From positions 1,723,298-1,787,297 of the forward strand of contig NMRA01000010.1 in NCBI GenBank assembly GCA_002633005.1: a DNA stretch of 64,000 nucleotides. The letters run 5' to 3'. The position numbers and the translations under genes were made by a program. Below the pieces are notes generated by a model. It had not been told where the DNA came from, made no database searches, and worked only from the letters and a program-made list of their open reading frames with translations. Shown piece by piece: positions 12,147 to 23,864 of the stretch. Position 1 is the first letter of the stretch; each line of letters opens with the position of its first letter. Source of the stretch: Phoronis australis. Taxonomy: Eukaryota; Animalia; Phoronida.

Positions 12147-13828
12147 TACGAGACTGCCCAGAATAATAGAATTTGCACATTAAACTTATGTTAATTACTT
12201 GTAATATAGTAGATTGGAAGACTCTGTGAGTGCTTGTTTTAAGCGGTCGGTGTGCAATCTGGTCAGACGTCCTGTCTGCTTTTTCATACAGATTCCACAG
12301 CTGTCACCTCGTTATTATGTGAGACCACACTTATGTAGCATTCAGATGGGGCATTTTTACACGAAGACATCGTACACGACAGACGAAAAATGCGGCGCAC
12401 CGAGTCAAAAATATGGTCAAGTACCCCCAGGGTTAAGTTTCATGAAAATGACGTAATACTCAAAACAAAAATTTGGTCTTACACTTCCAATTCACAATTG
12501 TCGCATAAATAATAATAATAAAGAATAATTATGAGCTCTTCGCTATAGGAATAATTTATTAAATCTTGTTAAAGGCATTTATCGTCATCATTTTGACATT
12601 TGTCCCTTTATTTTGATATGAACCCTTAGGGTTTATTTTTCATTGCTCATCTCTATTTATAGCCTCAAGGGTCTACTTTTGTATTCATACATTTCTTTAC
12701 GCGACACCTGATTGGTCGCCCATGTTTCCTTTGTTCGGTTCAACGTGCTCTAGCTCGTTCAGCCACCTACCTCGTCGTCTACAACACCTACGTTCGTTCT
12801 CTTCATTTTTGCAACGTACCTCGTAGCGTACCCCGGGCAAAATAGATTACGATAAATATAAATTATCTGAGTAACTATCAGTTATTTGTATATTCTCAAA
12901 TACTTTGCCTTACTTCTTAAATGAGATTTATTTAGTTACTTTTCAGAAATAGTTGTATGGAGCGCGAAATCAAGTTTCTGTCTTAAGTCATAAGTTGCTA
13001 TTCATGAAGCAGATACCAGGATTGAGAACCCATCTTTTGTGATGTAATCATTTACTTATTCGGATCAAAAGTGATCGGTGGGCTTGTGAGGAAGTGAACG
13101 CTCGTTAGTGTTTGAAACGTAGCTTGATCAGACTGACAATGTTTGCACCGGGAATATGCAAACCGAATTGCCTTGATGAAAATGTATGTGTTGCAGAAGG
13201 CGGTATTATAGCACGTAGCTTTAATAGCGTTAATGCATGAAACACTCTAATCGTAGATGTTTTGAAATAAATGAATTACATTACTCTACCATAGCATGTT
13301 CTTCAAGCCATATAATATGCACTACACCCTCGCCCCCATTTCGGTGTAAGTATTCCTGCATTTCAAGAAAAATCAAAATATGAACCACAATACAACATAT
13401 ACAAAAATACGCCACTTACCTTATTTAACAATTCCTCAGAGATGTTAATTGTGTTCCACTGTTGTTTATTTGTCAAATTCACGTATCTTTCTTCGCCAAC
13501 AAAATGCTCTAATCGTTCTAATTATATTGTATCGTCTCCAGAGGATCGCCCTCGCCGATTAAGTGTCAATAAAACGAACTTAAAGTGTGACCGTAATAGG
13601 ATATCGACGATTGAACAACTTTTTAATTCTAGCCTTAACTCAATTAAAGCAAATAGGTGGACGTTGATGGTAGCTTTGACGGGCCAATCTCTTTTTCCAA
13701 CTGAAAAGAAAAAAATGTTAGAGTAAAGTAGACTGTGCAATTGTCCTTTTACCTTTATTCTGTTACCATAGGCAAGTTTTAGTCTTTGTCAAGTTTCAAT
13801 ACATGACTCGTCGAGCCTATTCTATTTA

Positions 13829-14035
13829 GGAGACAATGTGGTTCAGTGGTTTGAGCTCCGGACTCCCATTTGGGAGACACGGATTCGAATCCTGGCTTTA
13901 CTGGCAGACAATTAAGCACTGCACAAACTTGTCTCTCACTCCTCTGAGCTTGGTCTTACTACTGAGTGAGTGAGTGTATGCAAGAGAATAAATGAGAACC
14001 GCTTCGGAATACTCCATCTTGAATGTGAAGTGTAA
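13829..14035 (+). mobile_element. tRNA-derived SINE
   Basis: A box TGGTTCAGTGG and B box GGATTCGAATCC (13881-13892) at tRNA spacing, no acceptor stem, followed by an unrelated body; 3' end approximate. Confidence 0.65.
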
Positions 14036-14073
14036 TGAAAAGAAAGAACGAAAGTGTTGGCAAATTTTTACGT

Positions 14074-14087
14074 TATATATATATGTA

Positions 14088-14146
<59 letters not shown>

Positions 14147-14174
14147 TTGCGTGTGTGTGAGTGTGTGCGTGTGT
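14074..14174. repeat. Compound microsatellite (TA)n(GT)n(GCGT)n
   Basis: Directly visible simple repeats. Confidence 0.97.
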
Positions 14175-17100
14175 TTGTATTTTAGATGGTATAGAGAGTG
14201 TACAAGGTGACTGTAACACTGACATGTACCAAGTTGAAAAATCCGACAACTACTGTATCAATTAAAATGGTGTCATGTGTGTTGGTGACAAGTTTCTTAT
14301 AACGTATGTTGGTATCAAAGTCAAGTTTATGTAGCACCACATCGGCATGTCTCTGGATGTAGCCAAATAACTACAAATCTAAAGGAACTCGTTCTGTTTT
14401 ATATGTTTTCTGAACGCAGAACGTCAACAGACTTTTATTTTTATTCTTTTACCATCATCTCTCTATTAATCAAAATTTAGCAAATGAGAAAGGTATATCA
14501 GAAGCAAAACAGCGATGTCAATCACAAAACCGAATTTCATTTGATATAAATATACTAGATGAAATCTGTTTCATAACCTCAATTTAGCAAAAGTATACAT
14601 CATTTGACAGTAGAAAGCATACAGAATTTGAATTTTGACTTGTTACTAATTTGTCATTAAAAAGGGTTGCGTAACAAGTGAAATTTAGCAAAGAAGAAAG
14701 GTACATTGATACCAAAAAACAGAATCCGAAGCATGACTAACTTTCATAAGAAATAAACATTCAAGATTAAACCTCAAAAACTTTGTTTCACTTTTATAAA
14801 TTATCGTGTTAATTTTCGTCAAAAGTCATAAAAGTCCTAAGTTTGATAGTCCTCTAGCTCGTGGAAAAGTGGGTTATTTTAAAAACAATTCCTGACTTGA
14901 CAGTGAATAAAAATAGTACGCGAAAGTTATATATAAATCCGATAAGTCGTTCCTGAATTTTGAAGTAACTCAAACTTGAATGTTTTTCTAAGGTCATACG
15001 TGACCTTAAGACACATTTTCATAGTTTACGCAACAATAAAAAGTTCAATCGGAACGTGATTCGTAGTGGCTGTAATCAGTCATACCTTTAATGGATTTTG
15101 TCGTTCTATAGCTCTGGTCAAAGCTTTTAAATCCAAGAAGCCATCCCAAAATGCATTTTTCGGTCATAAAATCGATAATTGCCCTTTACACATACAGCTC
15201 ATTTTCCTGGGAAAACCAGTTTAAGGATAAATTTTTCCTCAAAACTTCTCAGGGTTAAGCCAAAAAAACCATAGTTGATTCTGGTCTCTTCCACGAGTCA
15301 TTTTGAGACCTGCGTTGACCTACTAAAAAAACCCTCGCCCACACCCATTTCAGCCAAGGTCTCGTGTTTTGGGGTTCTTTTCTTGAACAGCTGCACAAAT
15401 GCATATAAGCCAAGGTAAGCAAGGTTTGAACAACCAAGCGATGATAAAGAAAAAGAAACATTTTTGCTCGTTACAGGTGGATTTTTTTGAAAAAGAGAAC
15501 AAAAACAACACAGCACCATAGACTTCATTTAATGAGGCATGAAACGCAAAAAGCTTGTCAAAAATATCTTTTAAACAATACCTTTCAAAAGTACCATCTC
15601 TCAACGTCTAGTACAGAAAAAATCACAAAATTCACGATTTTTGAAATAAGCGCGAAGGAAAAACTCCGTGGTTACCACAGAGTTTCTAATCTCACTCCCG
15701 CTTCTGATCAATGCCCGCATGCGCTCAGTCAGTTGCTTGAAGTCGCTTGAGGCCAAAGGGAAATCTGCTACGTCTAGGTCTTGCCATGCCAAATAAGGAG
15801 ACATGCTTTCGTTTGTAAAGAAAAATCGATGAAGTGGCAAGCAGTTGGCAGATCGCTTTTTGAAAATGCTTTGATATCAAAAGAAATTTTTAAAATCTTT
15901 ACAAACAAACCATAAAAATACTTGGTGATCAGCTTGATGTCTGTTTCAGTGACTGAGAACTACTTTCAATATTGCAATTAGTCTGTTTATTGCCTTCCAG
16001 GCCTCTTTAAATTGATCAGCTAAGTCCGAAACCATTTCATTCATAATAGCATTGTTTCGATTTGATTGGTCGTAATTTCTGTCATTTGAACAGTTTCCGA
16101 TACTGTGCAATTATTTCCGGAACTGGCCCTGAAATTTTTTCTGTCATTGTTTTATGAAACGTTGTCCTGTTAAACAATCCAACTATAATAAGCAAAAAAT
16201 CACAGTTTGAACCATATCACTGTAGTCAATTACGTAGCAACGATTACGCATCTCCACTTAACCCCAGAATTATCCTCGTCGTATTTTTCCCGTAGCTAAT
16301 GGTGCATTACACTTGCACGATTACTTACTTTTTTCTACATTCTTAACTTGCCGAAACGCCACATTTGACAGGTTTCGTTTACTCGATACTGTGTGGGCAA
16401 TCCAAATGTCACCCAATATGAAAACATCTTATTAATTCATGATGCGCAAAAATTCTATAGAATACACGCCTAAGGCTAGTTGCTTTCCCAGATCCGGTGG
16501 GATAGTCAAATGGTTAAAGCAAAAACGTTGCCCTTTACATGCTTTGTAGCAGGCTCTGTTTATTTCGTGTAACGCTTCCGATCAACATAGCAAACATAGG
16601 CACATAGCATTAATACAAAAGCCATATTAGCCTATTCGAAAGAATTCAATTCGACATTAATCAAATATTTATCAACTAACTCAAGGTGTTTGAATCATGA
16701 GCCTGCAAAAAATCCTGAATACTATTTTGCCCACCTTATCAAATGCAGTTAAATGTAGCGTACGTAAATCAGAATAGATTATATTCTAGAGTAGAATGTA
16801 TTTCTGGTTCCAAGATTAAGGCGAGGATAGACTACACATGTACCCTCTCTACCAAGATCACTAAACCTTCCCTGATCACTGCCAGCTTGGAGTCCGCGTA
16901 AAATAGGGGCCGATAACGTCGCCACAGGACACTTTATCGGCCTTTGTAGATGGACGGGGAAAGACCGGGCTAAAACCATGGCTAAAGCAGCAACGACTGG
17001 GGGCAAGAAAACTGGAAGGTTACCGGGGTAGGCTGAAGACTTTCAGTAGCTTGGGGATCCGAATAACCTTGATCCGTCGCTGCCATTAAGTAAAGAATAC

Positions 17101-17547
17101 AACGAACGGTTTAATCTTGCGAGGGCATCTTTGTCCAAATTATTGTTCAAACATGTTTCAAGAACAAAATTACCTTTACCAATTGTTTCCACTGATAAAT
17201 ATTTATTAAAGAAAAAACAGAACATACAAGGAATATAATGACAAACCCAGAAATCGCGAAGCATTATATCCGGTTTGTAGACAGTAACTATTCAAATATT
17301 TATATATGCTATTAAGAACATATCTTTGTCCAAATTATTCTCCCAACATGTTTCAATAGCAAAATTACTTTTAACAATTGTATACTATAACTACATACTA
17401 TACTATATATACTATACTGTAAATTACGTTACTTTGATAACAATTTTAAACTGGCGAAACCAGTAGAGTAACTGAGAAAACATCTCCAAAGCCATATACA
17501 CAGAACCCTTTTCCGGGCCTTTAATATGGCCAGTTTGACTCCTGAGC

Positions 17548-19385
17548 AAATCACAATCAAGGTCCATATTCGGTGGCCACTTTCGGTGAAAAATGGAGGT
17601 TGTCGTATAACTGTAAAAGCTGTGTTATTCTAAAGTACCATCATTCCAGGTTTGTAATCTAAAATATTTTTTCACAAGAACCACCGAATAAAATTTTATG
17701 GCCTAATGCATCACATCTGTATAAAAGGGTTTGTACACTACAACTTGTGGTCACAGACCACTTCTACCATGCAAAAATTCATAAGGTAGCTGTTAATTTA
17801 ATAAGTTCTTGATCAAATTGAAGAAGTATCACATACTACAGTAAGAAAAGTCATTACCGTGCTGATGAAGTTGTTCTAGATGATGATACATTGCATATCT
17901 TAATACCGTATAATGAGAACTTCTCTTGCAATATGATTCTTACAAAAGGATTATGACAAGTAACTACTTTTTTCAGAAACTTTATTAGTGCTATTTGCTT
18001 AGTTTTCAATTCATTCACCAGTTGGTCAAAATAGTTAAAGCAATGCAAGGACCAGTGTTCCACTTGTGAACAGTAAAAATGGTACTGGTTGGGGGTTACG
18101 TACACTACGCACAGTGAATCAACGTCAAATTTTAACTAAGGTACAAATGTATGGAATGGTCTCGAGTTTTGTGCTGCCTCTACTTGTTGGTTTGTTGCAA
18201 GTTGTCTTGAGAGATAGAGAACCAGCCTCTACAACATCAGTTGTCACATGACGTCTTCTAGGATGTTAAGTACAAGCCAAGTCCTGTGTGGCATTTTTTG
18301 CCCACATATTTGATAATGTCCATTGTTTTTTGTCAGACTGGATTCATTTTGGAAATATCAGTATTGTTCATGAGAACAGCAGTTCTGGCAGTATGTAAAA
18401 ATACTTGTGGGCAATACTTTATAGCACACATGTTGAAGGTACGTTCACTACATTTCAATGACTACACAAATGCTAATATTTCACTCAAAACAATTTTTTG
18501 CAACAAACACCCTTTTAACCTAACATGTTTAAGGAAGGAAACTGTCTATGACCAGTGTTGCTCACTTACCAAGTGATATTTTAATTTTATAGCATTTGTA
18601 AACATGGGGGTACGTACACTACAAAAGGGGGTGCGTGCACTACATCACTGTTTCTGCATCACATGGTAACATAATGTTGTATGGCCACTTATTTTTCTTT
18701 GATGATAATAAGCATCATGTTGTTATTTAAAAGGCAATACTTTCATTTGTAATGACCATTTGTGTTACTGACTTCCACATGGGGGTACGTACATTACATT
18801 TTGCTAGCCTTTTTGGCCCATTTTCAACATATCAGAACCCAATCAGTATCCAAACTTTTGGTTTATTTAGATATTGAATAATTTGCTGTGCTGCTTAGGC
18901 TAACATTTTCTGCAGTTCCTTTTATTACAGAGTGTGAACTTTAGGTTTTAACCATTTTTACAGTAGGTGAGGGTCAGAAACACAGAATTTACAAATTTCG
19001 TAACGAGTGCTTGTTTTACGATGAACCCTACCATTTCTCAATGATTAAGCACAACTTCATCTAAGTTATTCTGAAAGTGACTCAAGTTATTCCCAGTAAT
19101 ATCTAAGCAATTGCTTACTTGATAAAATAAATTTCTTTTCTACTGTTGACAATTGAAAATTGTAATTTTTAAAATGGCCACTCGTAACGCTAAAAATGCT
19201 TGAAATTCATAGACAAAAACATGGATAAATTTCTTAGACATTGTCGGAATTTGATGATTCTTTTTTTAATTTGCACAACTAAATAACTCTTTGCATATGA
19301 GTTTCAGTTTGCATTTGGTAAGTGATCAAAATTATTTGAGACCGTAACACAGTCAATTCTCGATTATGGACCTTGATTGTGATTT
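17548..19385. mobile_element. Unclassified non-autonomous DNA transposon, 1.84 kb
   Basis: Perfect 21-bp TIR AAATCACAATCAAGGTCCATA (17548-17568 / 19365-19385), AGC directly on both flanks (3-bp TSD), and four internal GGGGTACGTACACTAC-like motifs. Confidence 0.8.
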
Positions 19386-19875
19386 AGCCGTCTTTATTTT
19401 TACTCGAATTTTAAACTATGGACCTAGGGTAGATCACTAGTTGCTTGAACGGCGTATCAATAATCAAACTAAGACACTGAAGTCAAATGTTGTTCACTAA
19501 AGTATCGCCAAATGCCCCTACAGAATTTGCACGAGAAAATATTACGGAAAATTTTGAAGATCTATTTTAATTCAATGGTTTAATGAACAAAATAGTAGTA
19601 CAATCCATGAGATGGCGCGGTGTTGCCAGAATGATTATAGTGACAATGTATTCCATTCAGTTGACTGTATAACAGCAAAGCTTTAAAATTGTCTTACAGC
19701 GAACGGTTTAACGAAATTGAAGTCATAATGCTAATATATAACAACTGAATATTTATACTTTACCGACGCAGATTTCAATTCACATTGAATTATCGCATGT
19801 TACAACCATACAATGACCAATTATTCAGGCATTCCATCATGTTAGTAAGACGGTTTCGAAAACACATATGTTCCC

Positions 19876-20085
19876 CATTTGGCGAAGTGAGCAAAAAGGT
19901 CCACCTCAGAGAAACAAAAAGTCCGGGAAAAGGAGACAAAAGTCCACTAAAAAGGCCAAGGCGCACAGTTCACAGCTCTGAAAGTGGTACCCCGTTTTTA
20001 GTCATCCCGCTTTTTTGTTAGCAAAATGTCCACTTCGTCAGAAATTCGAGCCCCCCCCCCACATTAAAGGCTGGGTGCGCGCATG
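19876..20085. mobile_element. hAT5-like MITE, copy 2 (left end lost)
   Basis: Shares CATTTGGCGAAGTG..AAAAAGGTCC..CTCAGAGAAACAAAAA..GAGACAAAAGTCCACTAAAAA and the right TIR GGCTGGGTGCGCGCATG with 5034-5296. Confidence 0.75.
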
Positions 20086-20358
20086 AAGTAATGTACATTT
20101 TGTTCAGGTCAAATTAAAGCTTCCAGTTGTTGAGAATGCACAGTATTTGGTTTACAAGTTTTTCTCAACACGTGTTTATAAGGTAAGAAATAAACAATTA
20201 TGTCATATGTTTACATTGTTTACGCCGGCTAGTAAACAGTCACACATGTGACACCAATCTACACTTATTTGCATACCAGCACTTTATCGTATGCTATTCA
20301 TCAAATTAAAAAATATGGAGACTAAACCATTTCAACACTAAAGAATCGGCAAAGGAAT

Positions 20359-20686
20359 CAGTGACGGACCTAGGATACCATAAGGGAGGGGGGTGGGGGC
20401 CCAACGTGTTGTCTCGGGGAATCGGGCAAAGTGCAATTGCATGTGTAGCTCAGACCAAAGTTGCGGGAGCCGGGTGTGTGAACCATCTATTCGGAAAACC
20501 TACCGGTGGACTAAAAAAATAAAAAATAAAAAAACGGGAACACCGCGATCTGGGGGGGCACCCCCTTCTCCGCGTCCTAGTTGCTTACTCAATATTTCCT
20601 CGCGCTTCACGCTGTTGCTGTTCCATTTTTGCTTACGGCAGCCAAGGGGGGCTGGCCCCCTGCCCCCCCGCCTAAATCCGCCTATG
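20359..20686. mobile_element. hAT5-like MITE with 5-bp TSD
   Basis: Imperfect TIR CAGTGACGGACCTAGG...CCTAAATCCGCCTATG, G/C-run-rich interior, perfect direct repeat GGAAT on both flanks. Confidence 0.75.
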
Positions 20687-22310
20687 GGAATGCAGACAAA
20701 AGATGATTTTGAGGTAACATTTATCACAAATTATGTCGATAAATTCCGTAACTGTGCTTTGAATAGTTTCACAAAAAGTATTTTCATCCCAGAGCACATG
20801 AACTAAAGTCAGGTCAGTAACACTAACAGGTGGCCGAAATGTGACGATGGTAGTTGGTACTATTGCGGATTTTTTCACGTCTGATTACTGGAATTAAAGT
20901 TATGAAAGTTGTCTACTACACTTGACGGGATTTACGACGTTTGGTTTTTATATTTGGAAAGAAAACGTCACTTAGTGCATAGCAAAGCATGTAAATTTGT
21001 AACCTTTGATACCCTCCGGTTTTGCAAATTTAATACATAGATCACCATCACTGTTGCATGGAGTTTTGCCACATTCATCAAACCAGAAGCTGATAAAAAT
21101 TATTATAATTAGTTGAACAATCTCACCTTTTGAAAGAGTTCCAACGCTTGGATCTTCGGCCCACAATTGTCTAATCAAATAACGGTTGCAATCCTGCCTT
21201 TATAGGCGCTAGCAGACGGATCTTTGCGGTCACGTGATCACGGCTGTTCCGGCGCCGTGTCGATCACGATGATTCACCAATCGTCAGCTATATTTTTCAG
21301 ACACTGTCAGGTACGCGTTTGGAGTGTGAAATGCATGGATTAAGATGTACCGTGGAGTGAACACTTCCGTGGATAGAAACCATGATAATTTAATGTTTGA
21401 ACCGTTGTGTGAAGTATGCAAGTTGCTGAGACTGAAGCCACGCTGCGGCATTCGATAAGATGTTTTACCTTATTAGGCAAAATAACTCCTACGGCTTTGA
21501 TGGGCTGATACACTTCCAGCGAATGGTCAGCGTATGACACACGGCAATTGCTAACGGTCAATTAGCTTAAATTATTATGAACTTCCGATAATATTAATGA
21601 TAGCAAATGATATCCCTGGAGAAATGGTGCAATTTCCTAATGCTGTACATTCTAACAAGCACCGCAACATTGAACAAACAATTATTCAACTACTGAAAGT
21701 TTTGAGCCGCGAAATCCAAAACGCCCGTTACATTGCTTTCTTTTTTGGCGAGATGTTTCAGTTTACGACTGGAAAACAACGTGGTGATGGTGTCGGAGCT
21801 AATGGATGAAAACATTGTTTGCGTTAAGTGTCAAAATGAAGGCCACAAATTTAAAGCTGCCTTTCGCCTTATTTAACTGGCTAAAAAAGACAACTGAATT
21901 AGGAAATTTACTCTAAAAATCGGTTTCGTGATGACATTACATTTACGTTGCCAATAAGACCGTGGAAACTAGGGACTAAACAGAATTGTTCTCTTAAAAG
22001 AGTTTATTGGGGTTAGCCCATCCTAAAATTGCGAATTTGAAAGTGGCGCGTGTACGTACTACATGTGACTTGGGTTGCGGTCTCATTCGACAATAATTCA
22101 AGATCGGATCAAATGTGAAATCGTTTTTAAACGCAAAACGATTCGGTTAAGAAATCGGAAATTCCACCTGCGGCAACACCTAATCTCTAGCGGCGCTGAT
22201 GGTCGTTTTCAAATGCATTATGGGCCTGCTGTTGGTTCGTAAACATCCAGTGACATCAAAGATTACTTGGCAACTTGTAAACATTACAGACAACAACGTT
22301 TCTAAACTGT

Positions 22311-22830
22311 AGCAACATGTTTCAGCGGCAAAACATGCATCAGTGTCATGCTTTGACCAGAGAATGGATGCCTGGATGGCTGCAGGTACAAAGAAAATTC
22401 CAAAACACGCAAAAATACCAGGACAGGATTGGCTAGTAACAAGCGAATCACAACTCAGTTTAACAGCGTCAACGACCCATGGGAAACCTGTGTATTGATT
22501 GAGGGCGTTTCCAAACACCGAATTTGAATGGCTTCACACAGTTTCAAGCGATAGCCATTAGTATCATTGTCAATAATCGTAAAGCTTTCTTCCCCAGCAG
22601 CCTCTCTACAAGCAGCATCTTGTTTTTCAAGTGTCTAAAGATATGTGAATTCTTATCGCTAACTAGTGTTCCTTAATCCTTGTAGTCAAGTGGCGAGTTG
22701 TGTACAATCAAATACATACACTATATGGGATTTTAGCACGAAAAGAACCTTATCTTTAACACCAAGTAAATTTGCACGACTGAAATACAAGCTGAAAAAT
22801 ATCGACAGAAAACAATACTTGTCACCTGAG
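22311..22830 (-). mobile_element. Penelope-like retroelement 3' fragment (decayed GIY-YIG endonuclease and 3' UTR)
   Basis: Minus-strand translation across frameshifts: GVKDKVLFVLKSHIVYVFDC ... TRHLTTRIKEH ... DKNSHIFRHL ... FTIIDNDTNGYRLKLCEAIQI...PSINTQVSH, stop at 22455. The YIG segment is deleted. A degenerate CTGATG..GAAACATGTT motif lies at 22311-22346. Confidence 0.8.
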
Positions 22831-23179
22831 CTCACGACAATGGAAAGCACAGGTCCATTGTTTTTAGTAAGCGTTTGACTAAACAACCATAATACAAATG
22901 TAAAAATAAACAGTGAGCCTCAAAATGTATATAATCGATACATAGATTTAAAGAGTTCCCACCACGACCATGTGTCTCAAAAAGAATTTTATTAATACAT
23001 CTTAAGAGATTTAATAGCCTTAGTATACCTGTTGCTAAGAAATCAGACAAAAATTGAAAAGAAATGTATTTTTCTGTTAGCGGGCTTTTACGTAATGGAA
23101 GACCGTCTCTGCCGTTGTTTTTACCAGTGCGATACTGAGGAGTTATGGGAAAGTCCTCGGAGAGCCGCCTTTTTCAGTC

Positions 23180-23397
23180 ATGAAAAGGTGAGTTTGTACT
23201 GAGTCTGTAGTAACAGAAGTTTGACTGAGAACGTCTCTGTGTTCAAATTTCTTAAATACGTGAAAGTTGAACCGAAATGACATCAGTTTGTGCGTCGCAC
23301 GATAGGGTGGAATGTCAATGTGGAACATGCGGTTCAGTTTTAAGTCACCTTTTGTTCAGCACATTTCAAGGAATCGTGTTTTGACCAAAACATGAGC
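23180..23397 (+). pseudogene. THAP zinc-finger remnant (transposase N-terminus)
   Basis: MKR*V...CSNRSLTENVSVFKFLK...K*HQFVRRTIGW...FCSAHFKESCFDQ matches the THAP pattern C..C..FxFP..W..CSxHF..F, with stops and a frameshift. Confidence 0.75.
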
Positions 23398-23680
23398 GGC
23401 GTTACGATGAAGGACTCGCCACCTTTTAAGTGTATTTGTAAATTATATAATTAATTAACAAACTTCTTCCATTCAAGAGCCAGTGATGCCAGGCCCTCGA
23501 CCCTCGCACTGTGTTTAGACCCTGTTCATTCCAGCATGGCAATAGTGAATACGCGTGACTCAGGTGTACCCTGGCCCTTGTCAGTGATTATTAATTGTCT
23601 ATTTTGTGAATATTGACCACCCTGGTAAAGTTGGTAGTAGCTCATGTAATAATACATTGTGTGTCTGCAACTTTTCTCAT

Positions 23681-23864
23681 ACAAGTGGGTCGAATTCATG
23701 CGGTCTCAAAGCCGATGAAAGTTTGCCAAGTGGGAAATCGAATTCATTGTCCGATTCTTCAAGTGAGTGTGATGCCCGTATCCATTCTCCTCTCTGCCTG
23801 CATAATGTTTGTCCAGTTCTCGCTCAAAATCGTCTTCGTTCCCTGATCTGCCTTGTTCCGCCAT
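23681..23864 (-). pseudogene. Putative N-terminus of Kolobok second ORF (KolX-like)
   Basis: Acidic start MAEQGRSGNEDDFERE..., then after a frameshift LEESDNEFDF...LRPHEFDPLV, resembling the PYxFEP motif of KolX/P2X7-ballast-like proteins; convergent with the THAP remnant. Confidence 0.4.

Noticed and set aside
13992-14210. ORF with CVRA repeats
   Set aside because: It is simply the translation of a microsatellite.
14657-16010. Kolobok-like element bounded by TTAAA...CTTTAA (similar case at 24671-26034)
   Set aside because: The candidate ends are not convincingly complementary, so boundaries are unsupported.
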